The notes under the pieces were generated by a model. The model saw nothing but the letters and a program-made list of their open reading frames with translations. It was not told where the DNA came from and did not search any database. The position numbers and the translations under genes were made by a program. Positions 27,840 to 35,789 of a DNA stretch of 64,000 nucleotides are shown here, piece by piece. Numbering within the stretch: position 1 is the first letter of the stretch; each line of letters opens with the position of its first letter. Source of the stretch: Bdellovibrionia bacterium (lineage in GTDB: Bacteria > Bdellovibrionota > Bdellovibrionia > Bdellovibrionales > JAGQZY01); assembly GCA_030424715.1 (NCBI GenBank), contig JAUHWH010000003.1, positions 4,148 through 68,147 of the forward strand, read 5' to 3'.

Positions 27840-30800
27840 TTAAGGATTCAACCATGTGGGTAGCGGCACGCCTGAGCCTTGGCAATAGGACCGCAGCTCA
27901 TCAGCCTTCGTGTTGACGCTGTCTTGATCAGGGAACGGCGTGTTTGATGCCACTCTTAAGAAACCACAGGTGAATACCTGATCGCTGGCACCGCCGTCTT
28001 CTTTGTTTTTACCCCAATAGATCAGCCCGGCGCCATCAGGCAGTCTTCCGAACCAATGTTGGTACAGGGGGATAACTGAGATCTCTGAAGGATGCAGTAA
28101 CTTGTTGGGAATATTAGAGTGATTCTCGACGAGAAAGTTAATGGCTAGTTCTCTTTTTCCGGTTCCGTCATATGTGCGGTCATTTTTTAAATTAGTAAGG
28201 TCCTGATAGTTTGCCGAGTCTGAGGTTCCGTGAATAATATCTACGGTGAGTTGGGTCACGGTCTTCGATCCATCTTCAAGGCCAGGGCACCAGTGGTCTC
28301 TGCCCTCATCGGCAATGTCCCTTCCAAAGTAGGTTTGATAGATGCCGTTCAGAGTGGCTATAGAATTGGGGCTACACGTGGGGGCAGTGCTATCGACTAG
28401 CCACGATGGCAACGCGACACCAGTATCCTTGCAATAGTCTCTTAGAGCTGGCTCTTTGTTTTCGTTGATGTAGGTTTGGTCAGTGAAAGGTGTGTTCGTG
28501 GCTGCTGTCACTAGTCCGCAGGTGAATGCCCGATCACTAGCATTTCCGGCTGCTTTATTTTTTCCCCAAGAGATCAATCCAGCGCCATCAGGCAGTCTTC
28601 CGAACCAGGTTTGGTATATCGGAACAATAGACTTTTCAGATTCAGTTAATATGTTTTCTGGAACCATGTTTCTTGTGTCAACCACAAAATCAATAGCCTT
28701 CGCTTTACGTCCATCCAGAGATTGGTCGTTTAACAGATTTGTCAGATCTTGAAACTCAATGGTGTCTGTGGCTTGGAGAATAATTTCTGAGGTAAGAATT
28801 GGGGTTGATACCAAAGGAGATTCATAGATTGGGCACCAGTGGTCCCTGCCAGAGTCATCTATATCTCTTCCAAAGTACTCTTGGTAAATTTCATTGAGAG
28901 CCGCAATGGAACTTGCCTGGCAAGATGTGGTGGTGTTGGTACCACCCGTGGCTTTCGTGACATTGAGAGTAGCAATCGCTTTTTGGGTTGTGCCCATTTC
29001 TGCAATAATATTAAACGAGCCGTCATTGCGGTTCGAGTAGTTTCTCGTGGCTTGAAAGTTAGCCCCATCGCAAGTGGTTGTTGATGAGTCAGACCCTACC
29101 ACATTGGTACTCAAGGTTACCGTTGCGCCAACGAGATTACAGGTTCCGCTAATAACGATATCGTTATCAAAAACCTCAGCTCCCGATGCTGGTGCAGTGA
29201 AAGCAAGTAAAGGAGCGGGTGCTGAGGTTCCGGTCACCCAACTAGGCATCGTGATGCCACTTCCTTCACAGAAGGTTCTTGCGTCAGGCTCGTGATTGTT
29301 AACAGCATCTCGATCTGGAAAAGGACTGTTTTGTGCAACAGCAATGATTCGGCAAGAGAACGTTTGACTACTGCTATTGCTGATCTCTTTTTGGTTGCCC
29401 CAGTGGATCAATCCTTCACCGTCGGGGAGCCGCCCAAACCAGTCTTGATATAGCGGGATGATGGAGATTTCTGACGCATGCAGGAGGTGGTTGGGAAGAG
29501 CCGAGCTATTCTCAGCCAAGAAACTAATGGCTTGCGAGCGTCGTCCGTCTTCAGAGCGATCATTCCTTAAATTAGTAAGATCTTGAAAGTATTCGTCGTC
29601 CCTGGCTCCTAACAGAATGTCCACGGTAATGGCAGGGACGGTTCTGGTACCAGATTCAAGAATCGGGCACCAATGACCAATTCCTTCAGCAGCGATGTCC
29701 CTATTGAAGTAGGTTTGGTAGATGCCGTTGAGAGTCGCCAAGGAATTGCTTTCACAAGATAGAGTGGCGTCACCGCCACCACCGGTAGTGTTTTCCGTTG
29801 CTTTCATAACATTTAGAGTAGCGATAGCTTTTTGGATTGTTCCCATCTCAGCAATAATGTTAAACGAGCCGTCATTCCGATTCGAATAGTTTCTAATGGC
29901 TTGAAAGTTAGCTCCATCACATATGGTTGTTGATGAGTCAGACCCTGCAACATTAGTGCTCAAGGTCACCGTTGCGCCAACGAGATTACAGGTTCCGCTA
30001 ATGACGATATCGTTATCGAAAACCTCAGCACCCTCTGCTGGAGAGGTGAAAGCGAGAACGGGTCGCGGATCGTCACTGCCGCCACCACCTCCACCACCGG
30101 TAGTGTTTTCCGTTGCTTTCATAACATTTAGAGTAGCGACAGCTTTTTGGATTGTTCCCATCTCAGCAATAATGTTAAACGAGCCGTCATTCCGATTCGA
30201 ATAGTTTCTAATGGCTTGAAAGTTAGCCCCATCACATATGGTTGTTGATGAGTCAGACCCTGCAACATTAGTGCTCAAGGTCACCGTTGCGCCAACGAGA
30301 TTACAGGTTCCGCTAATGACGATATCGTTATCAAATATCTCAGCTTCGGATGCTGGCGAAGTGAAAGCTAGATCAGGTGCCAGAGCAATCCCACCGCCGG
30401 AGTTGTCTCCTGAGTTGTCTTCTTTTGTCACAGTGACAGAGTGCATGACAGAAACGCTTCCAGAGCTGAATGTACCCATCTGCGCAGTGATCGTAAAGGA
30501 GCTTCCGGCCGTTTCTGAATAGTCGACGGTGGTTTGAAAGTGGGTGCCATCGCAAGGCACATTGTGGCTGCCTGGTGTGATCGCTATTGTTGTGTCTCTG
30601 TTGCAGTTTCCGGAAATCACGACACTTTGGGCCTCACCTAGGTGTTGGCCTTCTTGGGGTTGAGTGATTTGTAAGATGGGATCGTCAGGGATTGGATCGC
30701 CGCCACCACCACCGCCGCCACCAGTGTTGGTGGGCTCCACTTTGTTGACCGTTAACGTCGCAACATTTGAGTTACCAGCAGGGTCGGTGATCGTGGCAAT

Positions 30801-32330
30801 AATAGTTATGGGGCCCTCATCCTGGTTTGAGTAGTCTAGGGTGTGACTAAAAGAAGTGCCTGTGCAGTTGGTCGTATCATTATTGCCTGGACTAAACGAG
30901 ACAGTGGCCGTGTCGTCATTACAGTTACCCGATACCGTGATGCTTGATTCAAAGTTGGATCCTGAATCGGGACTGGCAATCGAGATATTCGGCGCCGTGG
31001 TGTCTTCTACAGTGTCAGGGACTTCTGACTCTTCAATAATAATGGCTTCAACTTCGGCCAAGGTTTTTAAACCCTGTTCCACTTCGTTGGTATAAAAGGT
31101 TAGGTCCTCAGGGGAAGATTCTTCGCCCTGGTGAGTGATGTAGTAGCCTCGAATCACTTCGCGTGGGGAGAGGCGAGAGAAGGAAAGGATCGCAGGTTCA
31201 CTGAATCCTCGACCCGTGGCCATCATTGTGGCTCTGAGGTCGTAGAGGCCTGGATTGGGAAAGTTTAGAGTCATGTCATAGAATTGCCCATCACAGGTGC
31301 CAGTCTCAGGGTATCCTTCAACGGTGATCTGACCTCCGACGATATTACACTCTCCACGTATTGTGTTCGCGATGGTGTAACTCGTGGTTGTGTTACCGTC
31401 GACAATGGCGTCCTCAACAGCGATAGTCAGGCGGGGCATCGTAACCAAAGGGTAAAGTTGGGTGAGAGCCTGTCGGTCTTGGGCACTGAGTGTGGATGAA
31501 CCAGTGATCGCGTCGCCGTTCGGTTTTGTAATAACCATACTCCCGTTTCGAGAGTGATGATTGGATGCTGGGTGAAGGATGGAGTCGTAATCATAGTTTG
31601 GTAAGGGTGTTGACCCCATCGCGAATTTAACAAAATGAGGGGCGGCGTCAGATCTCGCATTTGCCAGATTGATATTCACCGACTGATCACGATCCATTCG
31701 ATTGATCGGGTTTTGAAAACCCAGGGTGTGAAGAAGTTGCCGTTTGATGACCAAAGCGAGTTGGCTGGAACATGCCGGATTCAGACTGAGGTTTTGTTTG
31801 CCGGATTGCCGTCCTACAAAGCTAAGACCACAAAAGTCACTGCTTTGATAAACAACTTCAACCGAGTCTTGTTGCCCGAGCCACGGTACACAGTAAACGC
31901 CCGAGAAGACCGAGAGTTCACCACAAACAGACATAAACTGAGATCGAACATTGGGCGGGACCGAGTCTGCGAAAGAGACGGGTATCATTCCTCCAGACCA
32001 AGAAGAAGAGCGACTTTGCGTGGAAAGACCACTTGCGGCTTCGCGGTTTTGAATGGCCTCGTTCTGAGCAAAAAACTGATCGGGCCAATGGCTTTGTAGA
32101 TCGTTAAGGCTCACTTGCGAGCGGTGGACCACCATATCGTCTATTTGAATATAGCCTTTTTCTTGAAAGCTCAGACTATTAGAATCGAGACTCAGGGTTT
32201 CAGTCGTGACGGCTTTGAACTCACCACAGTTTTGAAATCCGATAGCGATACTGATGCCGCCAAAAAAAATAAAAACACTCCAGAGTGCTTTGTTCGAATT
32301 CTTCAACCATTGATTTATAGTAGATGACAT
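27840..32330 (-). CDS. giant secreted mosaic protein: degenerate astacin-like domain, six Cys-containing Ig-like modules and three DUF4214-like double modules
   Basis: 1,496-aa ORF with a hydrophobic N-terminal signal/anchor. It carries an astacin scaffold motif RQLLHTLGFQNPINRMDRD. ISG(N/T)CN...C modules are repeated and separated by poly-Gly linkers. There are three modules of about 175 aa, each with IYQTYFGRDI..G..HW and LYQ.WFGRLPDG.GLI.WG motifs. Confidence 0.8.
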   Translation of the reverse strand: MSSTINQWLKNSNKALWSVFIFFGGISIAIGFQNCGEFKAVTTETLSLDSNSLSFQEKGYIQIDDMVVHRSQVSLNDLQSHWPDQFFAQNEAIQNREAASGLSTQSRSSSWSGGMIPVSFADSVPPNVRSQFMSVCGELSVFSGVYCVPWLGQQDSVEVVYQSSDFCGLSFVGRQSGKQNLSLNPACSSQLALVIKRQLLHTLGFQNPINRMDRDQSVNINLANARSDAAPHFVKFAMGSTPLPNYDYDSILHPASNHHSRNGSMVITKPNGDAITGSSTLSAQDRQALTQLYPLVTMPRLTIAVEDAIVDGNTTTSYTIANTIRGECNIVGGQITVEGYPETGTCDGQFYDMTLNFPNPGLYDLRATMMATGRGFSEPAILSFSRLSPREVIRGYYITHQGEESSPEDLTFYTNEVEQGLKTLAEVEAIIIEESEVPDTVEDTTAPNISIASPDSGSNFESSITVSGNCNDDTATVSFSPGNNDTTNCTGTSFSHTLDYSNQDEGPITIIATITDPAGNSNVATLTVNKVEPTNTGGGGGGGGDPIPDDPILQITQPQEGQHLGEAQSVVISGNCNRDTTIAITPGSHNVPCDGTHFQTTVDYSETAGSSFTITAQMGTFSSGSVSVMHSVTVTKEDNSGDNSGGGIALAPDLAFTSPASEAEIFDNDIVISGTCNLVGATVTLSTNVAGSDSSTTICDGANFQAIRNYSNRNDGSFNIIAEMGTIQKAVATLNVMKATENTTGGGGGGGSDDPRPVLAFTSPAEGAEVFDNDIVISGTCNLVGATVTLSTNVAGSDSSTTICDGANFQAIRNYSNRNDGSFNIIAEMGTIQKAIATLNVMKATENTTGGGGDATLSCESNSLATLNGIYQTYFNRDIAAEGIGHWCPILESGTRTVPAITVDILLGARDDEYFQDLTNLRNDRSEDGRRSQAISFLAENSSALPNHLLHASEISIIPLYQDWFGRLPDGEGLIHWGNQKEISNSSSQTFSCRIIAVAQNSPFPDRDAVNNHEPDARTFCEGSGITMPSWVTGTSAPAPLLAFTAPASGAEVFDNDIVISGTCNLVGATVTLSTNVVGSDSSTTTCDGANFQATRNYSNRNDGSFNIIAEMGTTQKAIATLNVTKATGGTNTTTSCQASSIAALNEIYQEYFGRDIDDSGRDHWCPIYESPLVSTPILTSEIILQATDTIEFQDLTNLLNDQSLDGRKAKAIDFVVDTRNMVPENILTESEKSIVPIYQTWFGRLPDGAGLISWGKNKAAGNASDRAFTCGLVTAATNTPFTDQTYINENKEPALRDYCKDTGVALPSWLVDSTAPTCSPNSIATLNGIYQTYFGRDIADEGRDHWCPGLEDGSKTVTQLTVDIIHGTSDSANYQDLTNLKNDRTYDGTGKRELAINFLVENHSNIPNKLLHPSEISVIPLYQHWFGRLPDGAGLIYWGKNKEDGGASDQVFTCGFLRVASNTPFPDQDSVNTKADELRSYCQGSGVPLPTWLNP
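28945..29215. repeat. third, more diverged copy of the same ~270-bp module
   Basis: The antisense track ORFs at 29074, 29923 and 30238 all begin MVVDESDP(T/A)TLVLKVTVAPTRLQVPL. The sense protein repeats FDNDIVISGTCNLVGATVTLSTNV.GSDSSTT.CDGANFQA.RNYSNRNDGSFNIIAEMGT.QKA.ATLNV.KAT three times. Confidence 0.75.
29781..30410. repeat. intragenic 315-bp tandem duplication (2 copies) inside the giant gene
   Basis: ACCGGTAGTG starts at 29781 and again at 30096. I see only 2 mismatches over about the first 245 bp of each copy. The copies diverge in the last ~70 bp. Each copy encodes one 105-aa module plus a Gly linker. Confidence 0.9.
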
Positions 32331-32542
32331 CTATTTTCCCCCCGAAAACGATCCACATTTAGAGCCCTCAAGATGACTTAAGAACTCTATTGTATGTCTT
32401 ATTTATCGGCAGTTGCCAAAAAAACGATGAATTAATATCAAACTGTATCAAGACGAAACTGAGCCTCCGCTAAGTCTTGAAACAGCTTTTGAGAGCGATA
32501 TGAATTGTCTCAGAACGACACGGGGATTTTGGCTGGCATGTC

Positions 32543-33193
32543 TCAGTTTGATTCAATAATTTCAAGGATCGGCTGATCGGGCTTGGCGTAAGACAACCGA
32601 AACAATGTGCTGAGTTGGTGGTATTCATCGAGACCCGTAACGGCAACGGATCCCGCTTTGGCAATATCGACAGAGCCGTCCTCTCGTAAGCAGTCCGAGC
32701 TCAGGTGAATTTTTTCAATTTCTCCGATGACGAGATCGGTGTTGTTCTGTTTGATCGGAACGATTTCGATGAGGCGAAGCCCCAGTTTTAATTTTGATGG
32801 CGCCACATAGGGGGCAGCAAACGAATCCAGGTACTCTTCATCGAGGTCACACATTTCGAATTCGGACTGGTCACGTTTGTAACGAGCGCTGGTTTGGTGC
32901 GCTTGTTTAAGAAAAGACGAGTCCACATGATTGATCGTGTAAAAGCCGGTCTCCTCAATGTTCATCAGCGTGTGGCGCGGGTGTTGGTTTGAGTGAGGGC
33001 GCGAAACGTATCCCATAAGGGGCGGCTGGGCGCCCAAATGAAAGGCTGAGCTAACCATAGAGAGATTGGTTTTTCCGTCCTTTGAGACTGTCCCGACCAG
33101 ATTGGCGCTCTTCGGGCCACTGAGAGAGTTGATCAGGCGCACCCACTGGCGCTTGTCAAAGTTGTCTCTGTTTTTGGGGTCGATACAAATCAT
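32543..33193 (-). CDS. flavin reductase-like (FMN-binding split-barrel) protein
   Basis: 216 aa. Contains LINSLSGPKSANLVGTVSKDGKTNLSMVSSAFHLGAQPPLMGYVSRP, typical of the flavin reductase domain family. Confidence 0.7.
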   Translation of the reverse strand: MICIDPKNRDNFDKRQWVRLINSLSGPKSANLVGTVSKDGKTNLSMVSSAFHLGAQPPLMGYVSRPHSNQHPRHTLMNIEETGFYTINHVDSSFLKQAHQTSARYKRDQSEFEMCDLDEEYLDSFAAPYVAPSKLKLGLRLIEIVPIKQNNTDLVIGEIEKIHLSSDCLREDGSVDIAKAGSVAVTGLDEYHQLSTLFRLSYAKPDQPILEIIESN

Positions 33194-33810
33194 GAGGCCT
33201 GTCCTTTGGGTCGCTGGATCATAATGTTTCGAAAGGTTATATTGATTCGCATTTTGGCAGTCTGACTTTGTTTGGGAATGGCGTGTTTCCAGTGTTTCTG
33301 GGTCGGACCTTCCATGGTGAGTAGACTACCATTTTCTAAGTTGAAACTCATGCGCTCCTGTTTATTAGAGATCGGGCTAAAAGTAATTTTTCTCGTGGCT
33401 CCCAAACTAACAGAGGCAATGAAAGGCTCCTGCCCCAACTCTTTTTCGTTGTCGTTATGCAGACCCATGCTGTCGTTTTCATGTCGGTAGAGATTGAGAA
33501 GTGCGGAGTTGAACTTCTGTCTTGTGAACAGCTCCACCTGTCGTTTGATTTCTAATAGTGAGGGGAGCCAGGGAGTGGGCTCCCAGAGAAGACCTGAGTA
33601 TTTATAGGAGCAGCCCGGGTCGCCATACCAGGCGGTGAGGCGGGGTTGTAAAATGCTTCGGCCAAACATTTTGATGGACCTTTGCTCCCACGGGACTGCC
33701 TTGAAGAGGTCATTGCGCCAGCGGTCACAATCGGAGGGAGAAAGAAAACCGTCATAGAGATGGACGCAGCCGTCGTGCGGCACAAGATTTTTGTTTTGAA
33801 CAGGCTCCAT
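33190..33810 (-). CDS. alkB: Fe(II)/2-oxoglutarate-dependent dioxygenase AlkB (DNA/RNA alkylation repair)
   Basis: Contains LTAWYGDPGCSYKYSG, LLNLYRHENDSMGLHNDNE (HxD), IASVSLGATRKITF, HWKHAIPK and RINITFRNI. ATG 33810 is preferred because GGAG lies 5 nt upstream. An alternative ATG is at 33831. Confidence 0.8.
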   Translation of the reverse strand: MEPVQNKNLVPHDGCVHLYDGFLSPSDCDRWRNDLFKAVPWEQRSIKMFGRSILQPRLTAWYGDPGCSYKYSGLLWEPTPWLPSLLEIKRQVELFTRQKFNSALLNLYRHENDSMGLHNDNEKELGQEPFIASVSLGATRKITFSPISNKQERMSFNLENGSLLTMEGPTQKHWKHAIPKQSQTAKMRINITFRNIMIQRPKGQAS

Positions 33811-34205
33811 GCTGACTCCCCGAGGTTCCATATAACAAAATCCTACAAAATCAGATTATATTGTTCAAGAAACTTTAAACAATTTTCTCGTATCCCAACG
33901 AAATGGCTGAACTTGGGGCGTGCGCAATGACTGAGATGATCACCGGGGATCCGGTTGCTCTGTGATTGACACGGGGCCCGTTTGGTCGGTCTCATGAACC
34001 GCTCGAAGCGGAGATCGCCTCACTTCGTTGTGAGAATTGGGTAGTGAATTATTTTCACAGGTGGTCATTTTTTAGCCGAACGCAGATCGTAAAAAAGTCC
34101 TGATTTCAGAGGTTTGTTCTGAATCTTAATCATAATCTGACAAACAGAATCAATGAACTGGGGTATCTTTAACCATGTAATCTAAGGCAAAGGAACGTTT
34201 GAACA

Positions 34206-35339
34206 GTGGCTGATATTTACGAGCGCCTCACTCAAAACAAGAAAACGGAGCTAATTCTTCGGCTTTTAACGGCTCTTTTTCTCCTCTATTTGTTCCTTGT
34301 TGGTGTGAAAACCCTATCAGGTGGCTTAAAGTTGATGGGCGACGATTTTGCTCGCTCACTTTTTGATATGACCTCTCACCCCATCACTTCGTTTATGGCT
34401 GGTATGTTGGCCACCGTGCTCTTTCAGAGTTCTTCAGTTACCACGTCTATCATTGTTGGATTGGTCGGGGCCGGTACGATTTCAGTGGGTGGCGCCGTAC
34501 CCATGATTATGGGTGCCAACTTAGGAACTTCGGTCACCAATAGTATTGTTTCGTTGGCTTACGCTAAAGATAAGATTAATTTTAAAAGAGCCTTTGCCGC
34601 TGCAACGGTCCATGATTTTTTTAATATTTTGACGGTTGCTGTTTTACTCCCCCTTGAGATCGCCACTGGTTTCATCGAAAAGGTTTCAACCAGCATGGCC
34701 TCCTTTCTGTATGGGACCAGTGCGGGCGCTAGCTTCTCTAGCCCCATTAAGATGGCCATAAAGCCTGTGGTTGGTTTTTTCAAAACTCAGATCATTACTA
34801 TTTTTGGAGAGGACATCGCGGGCTTGGTGATGATGGCTCTGGCGGCCACCATTATTGTGACGGCACTTTCCTTTATCGTAAAAGTGATGAGCACATTTGT
34901 TGCCGAGCAAGAGGGCAATATCTTGGATCGTATTTTTAGCAAGAACGCCTACTCGGCATTAATTTTTGGGGTGGTCACCACGATCGCCGCACAATCCAGC
35001 TCGATAACCACAGCTCTTCTGATTCCATTGGCTGGTAGTGGGTTGTTGTCTATTCATTCCATTTACCCTGTGACGGTGGGGGCAAATTTGGGAACCACTG
35101 CGACGGCTCTACTTGCGGCCATGACGGGCAATATGGCTGGTCTCGCAATCGCCCTTGTTCATCTTGTGTTTAATATCTTGGGAACGATGATGTTCTTTGT
35201 TGTTCCCTTTATGCGTTCATTGCCCATTGCCTGCGCTGAGACACTGGCCAACTCCATTGACCGCACCAATGCCATCGGTTTTGGTTACGTGGGTATGGTA
35301 TTCTTCGTGTTACCTCTCTCGATGATCTACTTTATCTAA
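34206..35339 (+). CDS. Na+/phosphate cotransporter family protein (NptA-like)
   Basis: The motif is duplicated: GMLATVLFQSSSVTTSIIVGLVGAG and TTIAAQSSSITTALLIPLAGSG. This is the typical Na_Pi_cotrans repeat. The protein is polytopic. The GTG start is uncertain. Confidence 0.8.
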   Translation: MADIYERLTQNKKTELILRLLTALFLLYLFLVGVKTLSGGLKLMGDDFARSLFDMTSHPITSFMAGMLATVLFQSSSVTTSIIVGLVGAGTISVGGAVPMIMGANLGTSVTNSIVSLAYAKDKINFKRAFAAATVHDFFNILTVAVLLPLEIATGFIEKVSTSMASFLYGTSAGASFSSPIKMAIKPVVGFFKTQIITIFGEDIAGLVMMALAATIIVTALSFIVKVMSTFVAEQEGNILDRIFSKNAYSALIFGVVTTIAAQSSSITTALLIPLAGSGLLSIHSIYPVTVGANLGTTATALLAAMTGNMAGLAIALVHLVFNILGTMMFFVVPFMRSLPIACAETLANSIDRTNAIGFGYVGMVFFVLPLSMIYFI

Positions 35340-35789
35340 TGTTTAGGATCGATTGAATTCAATCAGCGGAGCCCCGTCTTTGTTAGTAATACCCTAATTT
35401 TCTTTGCCAGGCGAAAGCTGTACCTCACTCAGTATGAGCAGAGTTAGAAGATCCCTGTTTCCAAAACCCTATCGATTCGTAAGACGAGAAACAAAGATCC
35501 CTATCTTTTTTAGAGTGTGTGCTTCTTTCTTTTTGTAGAGTATTGATTGACCCACCGTAAAGAGAGACGTATCTGCATGATCCTGGCCGGCTAGGCGCCC
35601 CTGCACACCCTTGAATTGCCCCTTCGTGCAGCATTCAAGGCGAATTGACACAATCTCAACATAATCCCAACCCAACCCTCACTAACATCAAGACGATCTT
35701 GATTTTACAATAACCTAAGCGCGTCCTAGAAAAAGGCTGTTGAGTTACAACTTTTTATTGGTTCATTGAACCGCTCCGAGGAGGGAGAA

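Noticed and set aside
30079-30100. CCN/GGN runs encoding poly-Gly linkers (also 30700..30723) as slipped-strand mutable tracts
   Set aside because: They are mixed-codon triplet runs, not homopolymers or perfect microsatellites. Any slippage would stay in frame.
27840-33831. The giant gene and its neighbours as a horizontally acquired island or mobile element
   Set aside because: There is no integrase, transposase, flanking direct repeat or tRNA. By eye the composition is not visibly different from the surrounding genes. GC skew and k-mer content were not computed.
33915-33960. GGGGCGTGC...CTGAGA resembling the 5' half of a TPP (THI-box) riboswitch
   Set aside because: The P3 helix and the conserved ACCTGATCTGGATAATGCCAGCG half are absent. 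The element lies ~290 nt from a phosphate transporter gene with no thiamine link.
34100-34205. Pho box upstream of the Na/Pi cotransporter
   Set aside because: I found only loose TGTCA-like fragments (CTGTTTGTCAGATT on the minus strand). The two 7-bp direct repeats with 4-bp spacing are not present.
35601-35640. The interleaved helices read as a canonical H-type pseudoknot
   Set aside because: The loop that would have to cross the 6-bp first stem is only 1 nt. Simultaneous formation is therefore sterically unlikely. I kept it only as a possible pair of alternative hairpins.
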